This document shows, piece by piece, positions 49,426 to 58,159 of a stretch of DNA of 64,000 nucleotides. A program made the translations under genes and the position numbers. The stretch is from Patescibacteria group bacterium. GTDB taxonomy: Bacteria; Patescibacteriota; CPR2; UBA1875; CAIMLA01. The DNA lies in assembly GCA_041738615.1 (NCBI GenBank), contig JBGSPL010000003.1:24708-88707 (forward strand), written 5' to 3'. The notes beneath the pieces are model-generated. The model was not told the DNA's origin and made no database searches. It saw only the letters and a list, made by a program, of their open reading frames with translations. Each line of letters begins with the position of its first letter. The first letter of the stretch is position 1.

Positions 49426-49992
49426 CTAGTACTTGATGCCGTACTCGTCGAGCTTCTCGCAAACCGGGGGCGTGAGCCACCCATTCTTGCGCAGAACCTC
49501 GATACCGTCGTCGGGCAAGTCACCCGTCTCGATCCGGTTTCGGATGCACTCATCCATTGCACCCAACTCGGCGACCTCCTTGGTCGGCCGGTGGCGCGTA
49601 GCACACACACAGGCGCTCTTTGCCGCGCCGACGATGCGCACGTGCTCAGTGAGAACCCAGAGCTCGTTGATCCCAGTGGGATCACTAAGCTCGAATCCCA
49701 CCTCGGTCCCATCCTGAGGGACTATCCCCTTGGGCGTCTCGAGCGGATGATCGAGGTCGACACACACGTACTTCTTGCCCGAACGAGCCCAGAAACCTCC
49801 AGGTACCTTTACCCGGTACTCATGAAGGTCCTTGGTCAGGACCGTGGCATAGCGGTAACGACCGCGCCCGGCGGTCCCGGTAATGGTGCCGAACGTGAGC
49901 ATAGCCTCGCGGACGTCCCGGTTGAATGTAAGCCCGGTCTTGTCCTCGAAGTTCTGCCCAGTTGTTCTGGAAACCTCCACCTTGCGCTGCAT
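49426..49992 (-). CDS. Hypothetical protein (GC-rich ORFan)
   Basis: SD GAGAGGGG, own promoter, downstream hairpin, C/G-ending codons. Confidence 0.6.
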   Translation of the reverse strand: MQRKVEVSRTTGQNFEDKTGLTFNRDVREAMLTFGTITGTAGRGRYRYATVLTKDLHEYRVKVPGGFWARSGKKYVCVDLDHPLETPKGIVPQDGTEVGFELSDPTGINELWVLTEHVRIVGAAKSACVCATRHRPTKEVAELGAMDECIRNRIETGDLPDDGIEVLRKNGWLTPPVCEKLDEYGIKY

Positions 49993-50063
49993 TGCATCCC
50001 CTCTCGCTGTGGGTAACTTTCCGCTTCCTCCGAAAGCTGGCTAAACCAGCTCACGAACATCCA

Positions 50064-50092
50064 AGTATACAACAGTTGTTCTCTAAAGTCAA
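50064..50092 (-). promoter_or_regulatory. Sigma70 promoter for ORFan
   Basis: TTGACT-N17-TATACT on minus strand. Confidence 0.7.
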
Positions 50093-50118
50093 GTATTTCG
50101 ATACCGCCACCCTTCGTA

Positions 50119-50146
50119 TTGACAGGGTCACTGGGTAGAGTAAAAT
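50119..50146 (+). promoter_or_regulatory. Sigma70 promoter for response regulator
   Basis: TTGACA-N16-TAAAAT, followed by SD AGGAG. Confidence 0.6.
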
Positions 50147-50162
50147 AAACACAGGAGTAAAT

Positions 50163-50552
50163 ATGGCAATAAGAATCTTACTTGCAGAAGATGACATCCA
50201 GCTAGTCGACATGTACAGTCGCAAATTTGCGCTCGACGGCTTTGATGTTCAACTAGCCGAGGATGGTCAGAAAGCAATCGACATCCTGAAAACTGGTTTT
50301 GTACCAGATGTTGCCATTCTTGATGTAATGATGCCCCAAGTGGATGGCTTGCAAGTACTCGCCTATATCCGCGAGCAAAAAGAGCTAGATGATCTCATCG
50401 TAATCATGCTCACAAACCTCTCCGACGAGAAGACCGCAGAAAGAATCTATGCCCTCGGTGCCACTGAGTACCTCGTGAAAGCGGAGTTTACCCCACTCGA
50501 GGTTTCGGCCAAAGTAAAAGAACTGATCGAATACTACAAAAAAAAGAAATAA
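50163..50552 (+). CDS. Stand-alone response regulator receiver protein
   Basis: ILLAEDD, LDVMMP, LTN, YLVK; no output domain. Confidence 0.92.
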   Translation: MAIRILLAEDDIQLVDMYSRKFALDGFDVQLAEDGQKAIDILKTGFVPDVAILDVMMPQVDGLQVLAYIREQKELDDLIVIMLTNLSDEKTAERIYALGATEYLVKAEFTPLEVSAKVKELIEYYKKKK

Positions 50553-50577
50553 AAAAGACCCCGACCGGGGTCTTTTT
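50551..50577. terminator. Bidirectional terminator
   Basis: AAAAAAGACCCCG-AC-CGGGGTCTTTTT. Confidence 0.8.
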
Positions 50578-50582
50578 CGAAA

Positions 50583-51092
50583 CTAGTTTAGATATTTATC
50601 AATGAAAGTTTTGAACTCAGCCTTAGTTCGCTCACCAGTGATAGTTTCCATCTTTTGACCGTCTTTGTAAAATGAAACGGCAGGGACGTATTGGAAATTC
50701 TTGTCCCAGCTGAGAATGAAGTCACGATTAGCATCCACTGCGACACTCATCTTCCCGACCACAATCTTGTCACCGTATTCATCCGAAAGCTCCGTGAGTA
50801 TTGGCGCTATCTTCTGGCAATGTGAGCAAGTTGGTGAATACATATCGACTACAACCATCTTGTTTTTGGTTGTTACTTCATCGAAATTCTCTGGAGTTAA
50901 GGCTATCTCGCGCGCACCGAGCTTATCGACATCAGCGACCGTCGTGTCTTCTGACTTCGTCGTTGTCTTGGTATTATTATCTGCCGGTTTCGTGCTCCAG
51001 GAATAGTAAATGATTCCGCCGAGGGTAAGTAATGCTACCACGATAAGTCCGATAGTTGCCTTATTCGATGTACTGACTGTATCTTTTGCCAT
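50583..51092 (-). CDS. Membrane-anchored thioredoxin
   Basis: TM helix; CSHC active site; cis-Pro 'YVP'. Confidence 0.85.
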   Translation of the reverse strand: MAKDTVSTSNKATIGLIVVALLTLGGIIYYSWSTKPADNNTKTTTKSEDTTVADVDKLGAREIALTPENFDEVTTKNKMVVVDMYSPTCSHCQKIAPILTELSDEYGDKIVVGKMSVAVDANRDFILSWDKNFQYVPAVSFYKDGQKMETITGERTKAEFKTFIDKYLN

Positions 51093-51182
51093 GGTGTATC
51101 TCCGTTTAGTCCAATAATTATACCAGAGATAGATTCAACCTACAAAAAGCAAAAGCCCCACCTTTCGGTGGGGAGCTTGCTA

Positions 51183-51258
51183 TGGTGGGCCCGGCGCGAC
51201 TCGAACGCGCGACCAGTTGCTTAAGAGGCAATTGCTCTACCAACTGAGCTACAGGCCC
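51183..51258 (-). tRNA. tRNA-Lys(CTT)
   Basis: GGGCCTGTAGCTCAG...TTGC-CT-CTT-AA-GCAA...GTTCGAG...CCA. Confidence 0.95.
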
Positions 51259-51340
51259 GCAAATAACTCTGACATACTAAAGATGACGGGGAAAATTATA
51301 GCATTTTAGAGACTGGTTTTCAACCGTTTCAACAATATCT

Positions 51341-51400
51341 TTCGGCCCCGACAAAAAACGAAGATTTTTGTCGGAAAACGAGGAGTTGCGAAAAGGTGAA
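51341..51400. repeat. Structured tRNA-spacer element, copy 1
   Basis: CCGACAAAAA/TTTTTGTCGG stem; 51349-51400 matches 60080-60131 at 40/52 ungapped positions (counted by hand). Confidence 0.7.
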
Positions 51401-51447
51401 TCGATTAGCTTTAGATAACTCGTGGAGTCTGACAGCAAACTCCGAAG

Positions 51448-51523
51448 TGGTGCGCCCGGTTGGATTCGAACCAACGACCAATAGCTTAGAAGGCTACTGC
51501 TCTATCCCCTGAGCTACGGGCGC
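51448..51523 (-). tRNA. tRNA-Arg(TCT)
   Basis: GCGCCCGTAGCTCAG...TAGC-CT-TCT-AA-GCTA...GGTTCGAATCC...CCA. Confidence 0.95.
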
Positions 51524-51612
51524 GTAAAGCCACCTGATTATACTTGATTTAAAGGATATTTTCAATCATTAACCTAGCCACAAAGCCATTTTTCTGTTAT
51601 AATCTGCAGGCC

Positions 51613-52815
51613 ATGAAAACAGACACTAAACAACTAGGCTTTGCGCTTGGTCGCGACACTGCACTCTCGGTAGCAGAAATTTTTGCATACCTGAAGAGAT
51701 TAGGCATAGACACTTTGTCGCGCCTCCTCATCGGTGACATTCTGATTATTGAAATAGCTAGCGCCGAAAAGGATCGGATAGACATAAACTCACTTGGTGG
51801 TAGTATCAAGGTTTTCGAGGTTCTGGGTGAATTTACCTCAGGCACAGAAATCGCCGAAAAATTGCTTACCGAAGTCAATTACGAGTCAGAAAAGCGCGTT
51901 AACTTTGGCGTTTCGGGTTACGGAAATGTGAACAAAAATTTTGTTCTAAAAGCAGGTTACGACGTCAAAAATAAGCTCCAAGAGAGTGGCTATGCCGCAC
52001 GTTTCGTCACAGGGAAAACTGTCGATTTATCGAGCGTAATTGTAAACGAAAACAAGCTTATCGAGCGTGGATTCGAAGCAATCATCGTAAAAGCTGGCAC
52101 ACAATATATCTTAGGCAAAACACTTGCAGTCCAGGACTACAAAGCCTACTCAAAACGTGACTTTGGACGCCCAGTAAGGGATGCACGCAACGGAATGTTG
52201 CCACCAAAGCTTGCTCAAATGATGATAAACTTTGCCGCTTCCCCACTGGAATCCGTCCTATACGACCCTTTTTGTGGTAGTGGTACTATTCTACAAGAAG
52301 CCCTATTTCTCGGTTACCGTGACATTTACGGCAGTGATATAGAAAAGAAGAACATTACCGATACCCTTACCAATATGGAATGGCTCTACCAGCGCTTCGG
52401 GATGCCAAAAATTACCGAGGATAGAGTCTTTCTCTCTGATATTCTAAAGCCAGAAAGAGAGATCGCGAGCGCTGCAATAGTTGGTGAGGGCTACCTCGGT
52501 GAACCAGTGCGTAGACGTAAGGACAAGGCAATCGCCGACTCTCAGAAACTTGCTCAATTCTACATACACGCTCTTACGAACATGACCAAACAGCTTACAG
52601 CAGATGCGACTATAGTAATCGCTATCCCTTTCTATATAGTTGAGAAAGAATACATATACCTGCCGCTAATGGATAAACTCGAAAAGCTGGGTCTTACAAC
52701 GATAAACTACATCCCTAAAGATTTGGAAATCCGTCGTTTTGGGCGTGGGAACCTCACTTACTCACGAGCTGATCAGTTCGTGGGACGAGAAATCCTAGTA
52801 CTCAAAAAGAGCTAG
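51613..52815 (+). CDS. Trm11/TrmG10-like SAM-dependent RNA methyltransferase
   Basis: GMLPPKLAQMMIN, YDPFCGSGTIL.EA, GSDI, EGYLG. Confidence 0.8.
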   Translation: MKTDTKQLGFALGRDTALSVAEIFAYLKRLGIDTLSRLLIGDILIIEIASAEKDRIDINSLGGSIKVFEVLGEFTSGTEIAEKLLTEVNYESEKRVNFGVSGYGNVNKNFVLKAGYDVKNKLQESGYAARFVTGKTVDLSSVIVNENKLIERGFEAIIVKAGTQYILGKTLAVQDYKAYSKRDFGRPVRDARNGMLPPKLAQMMINFAASPLESVLYDPFCGSGTILQEALFLGYRDIYGSDIEKKNITDTLTNMEWLYQRFGMPKITEDRVFLSDILKPEREIASAAIVGEGYLGEPVRRRKDKAIADSQKLAQFYIHALTNMTKQLTADATIVIAIPFYIVEKEYIYLPLMDKLEKLGLTTINYIPKDLEIRRFGRGNLTYSRADQFVGREILVLKKS

Positions 52816-52833
52816 CCGGCCGGCTAGCTCTTT
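52806..52833. terminator. Perfect 28-bp palindrome between convergent genes
   Basis: AAAGAGCTAGCCGG|CCGGCTAGCTCTTT. Confidence 0.7.
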
Positions 52834-52842
52834 GAATAATAG

Positions 52843-54054
52843 TTATTCGTATCTCAAGGCTTCGATCGGATCCTTTTGAGCCGCTCGTAGTGCTGGCCAA
52901 AGGCCGAAGATAATTCCGATTACTGTAGAAACGCCGAGTGCTACTAGTATCACATTCGGGGTTATGGATGGTGTTAATGGTGTCTTCGCAGCGACTACAG
53001 CACCGACGCCAAATGAGATCAGAAGTCCGATCAGTCCACCGATGAGGGTAACGAATACAGCCTCCACTAGGAACTGTGTAGCGATGGCAAGCTTCGTGGC
53101 ACCGACCGCCTTTCGCAGGCCGATCTCCTTGGTTCTTTCGGTTACGGTTACGAGCATGATGTTCATGATACCAATACCGCCAACCACCAGTGAAATCGCT
53201 GCAATTGCAGATACCAAGGTCGTTGCAAGAGACAAGAACTGGTCAAATAGTCCCAAAATGTCGTCCTGTGTAAGCACAGAGAAATTTTCTTCCCCTGCAT
53301 GCGATTTCAATATCGCCTTCTTCACAGCTTCCTTTACGGATGAAACCTTTGCGTCATTTGCCGCCTTCACAACGATACGATTTATAGTTACCTTGCCTTT
53401 ATTGAGAGCTGTACCTGTTTCGAAAGGTACCACCGCAAGTGAGCTAAATTCGTTGCCAAAGATACTAGACGCTTCTACTTCGCCGAAAACACCCACTATC
53501 GTGAAAGGGGTCTTGTTGATACTGATAGTCTTCCCTACAGCATCTACGTCCCCAAACACGTCTTTTTTTATCTGAGGACCGATGACTACGACGTCCCCTG
53601 CGGTAATAGATTCAAACATCTTGCCGTCTTTGACCTTCAGAATCTCGAGGGCTTTCTCAAAATTGGGATAAGTACCTGTGACAGTAGCGTTTACTGGCTT
53701 ACCGTCACTAGTAACCGTGCCAGCCACAAGAGCCATAGGGGCTACTTCTGTTACCCCCGAGACGCCCTTGATTGCATCCACATCATTCAAGGTCAGTATG
53801 TCTCCCGCAATAAAATTCGCCGGGTTCGAACCCCCCATCCCCGAGCCGCTCTTGGTATCAATCTTTCCTGCTGTTACAAACATTAAATTCGAACCAAAAC
53901 CTCTGATTAGGGTGGAGACCTCGTCCTTCAAGCCTTGGCCCAAGGAAACCAGGATGGTGACTGAAGCAACTCCGATAACGATACCAAGAACAGTAAGCAC
54001 ACTGCGAACCTTGTTGGACCAGATAGATAGTAGTGCTGTCTTTACGCTTTCCAT
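52843..54054 (-). CDS. MacB/FtsX-family ABC permease
   Basis: RSVLTVLGIVIGV, GGIGIMNIMLVTVTERTKEIGLRKAVGA, DPIEALRYE. Confidence 0.93.
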   Translation of the reverse strand: MESVKTALLSIWSNKVRSVLTVLGIVIGVASVTILVSLGQGLKDEVSTLIRGFGSNLMFVTAGKIDTKSGSGMGGSNPANFIAGDILTLNDVDAIKGVSGVTEVAPMALVAGTVTSDGKPVNATVTGTYPNFEKALEILKVKDGKMFESITAGDVVVIGPQIKKDVFGDVDAVGKTISINKTPFTIVGVFGEVEASSIFGNEFSSLAVVPFETGTALNKGKVTINRIVVKAANDAKVSSVKEAVKKAILKSHAGEENFSVLTQDDILGLFDQFLSLATTLVSAIAAISLVVGGIGIMNIMLVTVTERTKEIGLRKAVGATKLAIATQFLVEAVFVTLIGGLIGLLISFGVGAVVAAKTPLTPSITPNVILVALGVSTVIGIIFGLWPALRAAQKDPIEALRYE

Positions 54055-54746
54055 TACTTCGCTCCTTTCATTGGTTTCTGGACCTCGCCATCCAGGATTC
54101 TGATTGTGCGATCAGCAAAATCTGCTATCCTCTGATCATGAGTGATAAGAATAACCGTTTTACCCTTTTTGTTAAGCTCCGTCAGCAAATTCATGATTTC
54201 TGTACCGCTCTTGCTATCGAGGTTCCCCGTAGGTTCATCGGCAAGAATGATGTCCGGATTGTTGATGAGAGAACGTGCGATAGCCACACGTTGGATTTGA
54301 CCGCCCGAAAGCTCTGTAGGCCTGTGATCTTCGCGACCTGCTAGCCCGACCTCCCGGAGAAGCTCCCTTGCTCTTTCTTCGCGGTCAACCTTTCCAATCT
54401 TTCGGTACTGAGTGGGCATCAGGACATTCTTCATGGCAGTTATCTTTGATAGTAGATTAAATGTTTGAAAGACGAAACCAATTCGTTCCGAACGCAGCTT
54501 CGCTAGTTTTGAATCGGCCATGTCGAGCTCTATCTTCTTACCAGCGATGAAGAGCTCACCCTTGGTTGGACGATCAAGTAGTCCAATGATATGCATCAAA
54601 GTCGATTTACCTGATCCCGACGGCCCCATAATCGCTACAAACTCTCCGGACTCAATCTTGATATCGATGTTCTTTAGTGCATCGACGTGTAACTTACCTG
54701 TCTTGTATGACTTTGATACCTTTCTTAGTTCTATTGCTACTGACAT
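54054..54746 (-). CDS. MacB/LolD-family ABC ATPase
   Basis: GPSGSGKST, LSGGQ, ADEPTGNLD. Likely start ATG 54746. Confidence 0.93.
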   Translation of the reverse strand: MSVAIELRKVSKSYKTGKLHVDALKNIDIKIESGEFVAIMGPSGSGKSTLMHIIGLLDRPTKGELFIAGKKIELDMADSKLAKLRSERIGFVFQTFNLLSKITAMKNVLMPTQYRKIGKVDREERARELLREVGLAGREDHRPTELSGGQIQRVAIARSLINNPDIILADEPTGNLDSKSGTEIMNLLTELNKKGKTVILITHDQRIADFADRTIRILDGEVQKPMKGAK

Positions 54747-54747
54747 A

Positions 54748-55935
54748 TCACTCCCATCTAAATAGTTTAATTGCCAAGACAAACATTATTACCGCCCATA
54801 TTGCGAGTCCTATCAGGTCTCCACTGATCTGAGTGATCGTGTATCCTTTCACCATGACGTTACGGAGTGCATCAGAGAAGTAGGTCAGGGGAAAGTAGTC
54901 CGACGCCCTAAGTAGCCAGTCTGGGAATGCATCCCGAGGGAAAAAGATACCGGAGAGAAACATCTGAGGAAACACAAACAAGTTGGCAAGGGCTGCTACA
55001 GTATTCTGCGTACTTGCGATTCCCGAAAGCGCAAAACCCATCGACAGGAAGATCAAACCTCCGGCAACAATCAAGAGGACCACGAGACCTAGACTGCCGA
55101 CAACATGAAGGTTGAATGCTAGGATGCCGAGGAGTATCAGAATCGATGCCTGCATAAATGTGATGATAACCCTGGAAACTATCTGAGAGAAAATGATTAC
55201 CCCAGGATGAATTGGTGTAGCCAAAAGACGCTTCAGGATACCGCGCTCGCGCCAGGAAACTATCTGGCCAGTGACGGCGAAAATAGAGAGTTGCATTACA
55301 CTCATCGCCACAAGCCCCGGGATCAAGAAATCGATATATTTGAGGTCATTACCAGATATCGAGAGTTGTTTTACCTCGAAGAAATTCGGGACTCTTGCAA
55401 TCTGGTGCGTCACCCCGTCAAATATCTTGTCAAAGACCGTGAATCCGACGCTTATGGTGGACGAGTTCTGGCTCTGATCATAGTAGATATCGATTCGCTG
55501 CGGCGTTACTGTCAATGCAGCTACAGCTGCCTGCTGTTGTGATACTGGCAACTTCGCTAGCTCTGCTTGCTTTGCCCCGTACTCCGCAAAATTCGCCCCA
55601 AAACCCTCAGGAATCACTAGTGCATAGGTCTGCTTGGAGTTCTTGAGGTCCGCCAGAGCGTCGTCCTTGCTCTTCGTGGTAATCGTAAAGACACTGACCT
55701 TTTGTAGTGCTGTTACAATCTGCTGTGACGCCTGATTGTTTGCCTCATCAACAACCGCAACATTAAACTTTACACCGCCGCCCGTATTGATGACACCAAA
55801 AATGCTCATCAACATCACGGGGATAAAAAGCGAGAAGAAAATGGCGGTTTTCTCACGGAAAAACATCAAAATCATGTATTTTGCGATTGTAAGCGTGTTT
55901 AGGATTTCTTTTTTGATTTTACGTAAGTTCATCAT
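54748..55935 (-). CDS. ABC-2 type permease
   Basis: 'RERGILKRLLATP', 'FLSGIFFP', 'PLTY..DALR'. Confidence 0.9.
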   Translation of the reverse strand: MMNLRKIKKEILNTLTIAKYMILMFFREKTAIFFSLFIPVMLMSIFGVINTGGGVKFNVAVVDEANNQASQQIVTALQKVSVFTITTKSKDDALADLKNSKQTYALVIPEGFGANFAEYGAKQAELAKLPVSQQQAAVAALTVTPQRIDIYYDQSQNSSTISVGFTVFDKIFDGVTHQIARVPNFFEVKQLSISGNDLKYIDFLIPGLVAMSVMQLSIFAVTGQIVSWRERGILKRLLATPIHPGVIIFSQIVSRVIITFMQASILILLGILAFNLHVVGSLGLVVLLIVAGGLIFLSMGFALSGIASTQNTVAALANLFVFPQMFLSGIFFPRDAFPDWLLRASDYFPLTYFSDALRNVMVKGYTITQISGDLIGLAIWAVIMFVLAIKLFRWE

Positions 55936-56693
55936 TAGTCCCTCAATGTCTTTCCGGTTAAGTCTAGGAATACGTCTTCAAGTGTTGCCTCTTGCACCAC
56001 TTTTTTCTTCTTGAACCCACGACCGAGTAGTTTCTTGATCAGGTTTGCCGGGCTATCAATATCGATTATTTGGCCTTTATCTACTACAGCCACGCGGTCA
56101 CAGAGCTCCTCAGCCTCGTCCATATAATGGGTTGTGATAACAACAGTCATCCCTTTTCCGTTTATGTCCCGAATCAGGTCCCATAGATGGCGCCTAGCCT
56201 GAGGGTCCAGACCTGTAGTCGGCTCATCAAGAAAGAGCACTTCAGGTCTATTTACAAGTGCTGAGGCTATAGAAAAACGCTGTTTTTGACCACCGGAAAG
56301 TTTCTTCACCTGGGTTTTTGCTTTCTCTGTCAGTCCAACCTCTTCGAGAACCCTCATAGCGTCCACTCTGACCCCATAGAGGGAAGAGAAGAATTTAATC
56401 AGCTCCTCGAGCGTCAGGTTGTCAAAGAAAGCAGACGACTGAAGCTGCACGCCGATGAGGGCCTTTACCTTAGACTGATCCCGGCAAACATTCACGCCAG
56501 CAACTACAATGTCTCCGCTGTCGCTTTTGCGCAACCCTTCGAGCATTTCGAGAGTGGTGGTTTTCCCCGCGCCGTTTGGCCCGAGCATACCGAATACCTC
56601 CCCCTTCTTGACCTCAAAACTGATACCACGAACAGCCTTCACGTTGCCGAAGGACTTTTGTAAATTCTTTACAGTTATAATGTTTTCGGACAT
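55935..56693 (-). CDS. ABC transporter ATP-binding protein
   Basis: GPNGAGKTT, LSGGQKQR, LDEPTTGLD, TTHYMDEA. Confidence 0.93.
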   Translation of the reverse strand: MSENIITVKNLQKSFGNVKAVRGISFEVKKGEVFGMLGPNGAGKTTTLEMLEGLRKSDSGDIVVAGVNVCRDQSKVKALIGVQLQSSAFFDNLTLEELIKFFSSLYGVRVDAMRVLEEVGLTEKAKTQVKKLSGGQKQRFSIASALVNRPEVLFLDEPTTGLDPQARRHLWDLIRDINGKGMTVVITTHYMDEAEELCDRVAVVDKGQIIDIDSPANLIKKLLGRGFKKKKVVQEATLEDVFLDLTGKTLRD

Positions 56694-56929
56694 TATTTCT
56701 CCTTCTTGATTATTGCTGCAAGCATGGACTGCCTTCTCGCCATCTCTGCAGTCATTTTTTCAAAAGCCGAGACCTTCATAAGCATCAGACCGTTATCATC
56801 GATTCCCATCACAAGCAACTTCTCCCCCTTATCGAGACCCAGAGCATTTCTAGCCTCTACAGGAATAACCACCTGCCCCTTATCGCTGACCACCGTGCTG
56901 CCATAAAATTCCGGTTGTGGCATCTTCAT
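56693..56929 (-). CDS. AbrB/MazE/SpoVT family DNA-binding protein
   Basis: 'FYGSTVVSDKGQVVIPVEARNALGLDKGEKL'. Confidence 0.88.
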   Translation of the reverse strand: MKMPQPEFYGSTVVSDKGQVVIPVEARNALGLDKGEKLLVMGIDDNGLMLMKVSAFEKMTAEMARRQSMLAAIIKKEK

Positions 56930-57006
56930 ATTTACCTCTTACTTTTCTTACTTGTAGTAATTGTAGTATATCCAGAGATTTATGTCAATATCCGACCCAT
57001 TAAGCA

Positions 57007-57035
57007 TTGCAAAAATGTCTGTTTCGTTATATAAT
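57007..57035 (+). promoter_or_regulatory. Sigma70 promoter for ORFan 57176-57901
   Basis: TTGCAA-N17-TATAAT. Confidence 0.7.
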
Positions 57036-57175
57036 CGCAAATTACAGTACCTTAAGAATTGGGACTGCCTATACGCTTATTTTTACGAGTGCAAGCTGTA
57101 TTTGATCGTGAATGAATCACTGACAGCTGCCACTCGTAAATGCGAGCTGGCATACACCAATCAGCCAAGGAGGCG

Positions 57176-57901
57176 ATGATTGTGACGAGCACATTGCTTT
57201 GCCTGACCGAGGAGCAGCAGAGGTCTATTCAGGCCCTTGCATCAAATCTCCGGGCAGGATGGTTCGGCGACCTCATGACACACATGCAGCTCACCCTTCT
57301 CGACGGCTACGTTAGCATCGGGACAGACCAGCTCAATCGCGACAAGATCACCCTCAAGTACACCGAGGGGGTATCCTCGCTCGAGATCGTCTCGGAGCCC
57401 AAACGATGGGAACTCCGGGCTCATCACGACGGCGCCGACGCGATGGTGATCCTTGAGCCCGTTGTGACTTCAACGTTCGAGACGGAACCTGTCCTGGAGT
57501 GGACGTTGAAGGCAGTACAACTGCTTACCCCGGCCGCATCCAAGAGCCAGGAGTTCCTGATTCTGGAAGTACTCTTTGCCGCGCTTCGGCGCAATGGCAA
57601 GAAGGCCTTCACGACCCAGGGCAGCGGCAATGTCTTCTCCTTCGACGGTGATCACACTGTTTCATACGTGGGCAAGAAGGACGGCTTCGGCCACCAGCAC
57701 ATCTGGGTCTACGTCGAACATGCCGACCACTTCGAGCTCATCGGGAACGTCTACGGAGACGAGATCCGCACCACGAAGGTCGAGGTGGACGGCATCTACT
57801 TCCACGACAGTGAACAGCGGCGCCACCGCAGCGACCTGATCAACACGAAGGAGATGCACCCAGCCGAAGAAGCGCTCCGCCACATCTGCCGGCGCTTCTA
57901 G
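57176..57901 (+). CDS. Hypothetical protein (GC-rich ORFan)
   Basis: SD AAGGAGG before ATG (57176 or a nearby GTG); strong C-ending codon bias; downstream GGACCCCT/AGGGGTCC hairpin. Confidence 0.65.
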   Translation: MIVTSTLLCLTEEQQRSIQALASNLRAGWFGDLMTHMQLTLLDGYVSIGTDQLNRDKITLKYTEGVSSLEIVSEPKRWELRAHHDGADAMVILEPVVTSTFETEPVLEWTLKAVQLLTPAASKSQEFLILEVLFAALRRNGKKAFTTQGSGNVFSFDGDHTVSYVGKKDGFGHQHIWVYVEHADHFELIGNVYGDEIRTTKVEVDGIYFHDSEQRRHRSDLINTKEMHPAEEALRHICRRF

Positions 57902-58024
57902 CCGACGTCTGTGTAGACAACACCACGCAAGTTCTACGGAACGCATTACGGACCCCTACGCCACACGGCGGAGGGGTCCAGTTTCGTTTTATACTATAAA
58001 AAAATAACCCGCAAAGGTTATATA

Positions 58025-58101
58025 TGGTCGGGGTGAAAGGACTCGAACCTTCGACCTCGCGGTCCCAAACCGCGCGCACTAGCCAACTGTGCTACACCCC
58101 G
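58025..58101 (-). tRNA. tRNA-Pro(TGG)
   Basis: CGGGGTGTAGC...CGCGG-TT-TGG-GA-CCGCG...GGTTCGAG...CCA. Confidence 0.95.
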
Positions 58102-58159
58102 TCGTATGAAATTAACCTCGATATTATAGTCTTTTTTTGTGCTTATTTCAAGGGAAACA

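Noticed and set aside
49399-50016. 205-aa plus-strand ORF as the real gene
   Set aside because: Promoter, SD, codon bias and downstream hairpin all favour the minus-strand ORF 49426-49992.
52806-52833. Loopless 28-bp palindrome as a recombination or protein-binding site
   Set aside because: Its position between convergent genes with A/T flanks fits a bidirectional terminator; single copy in the window.
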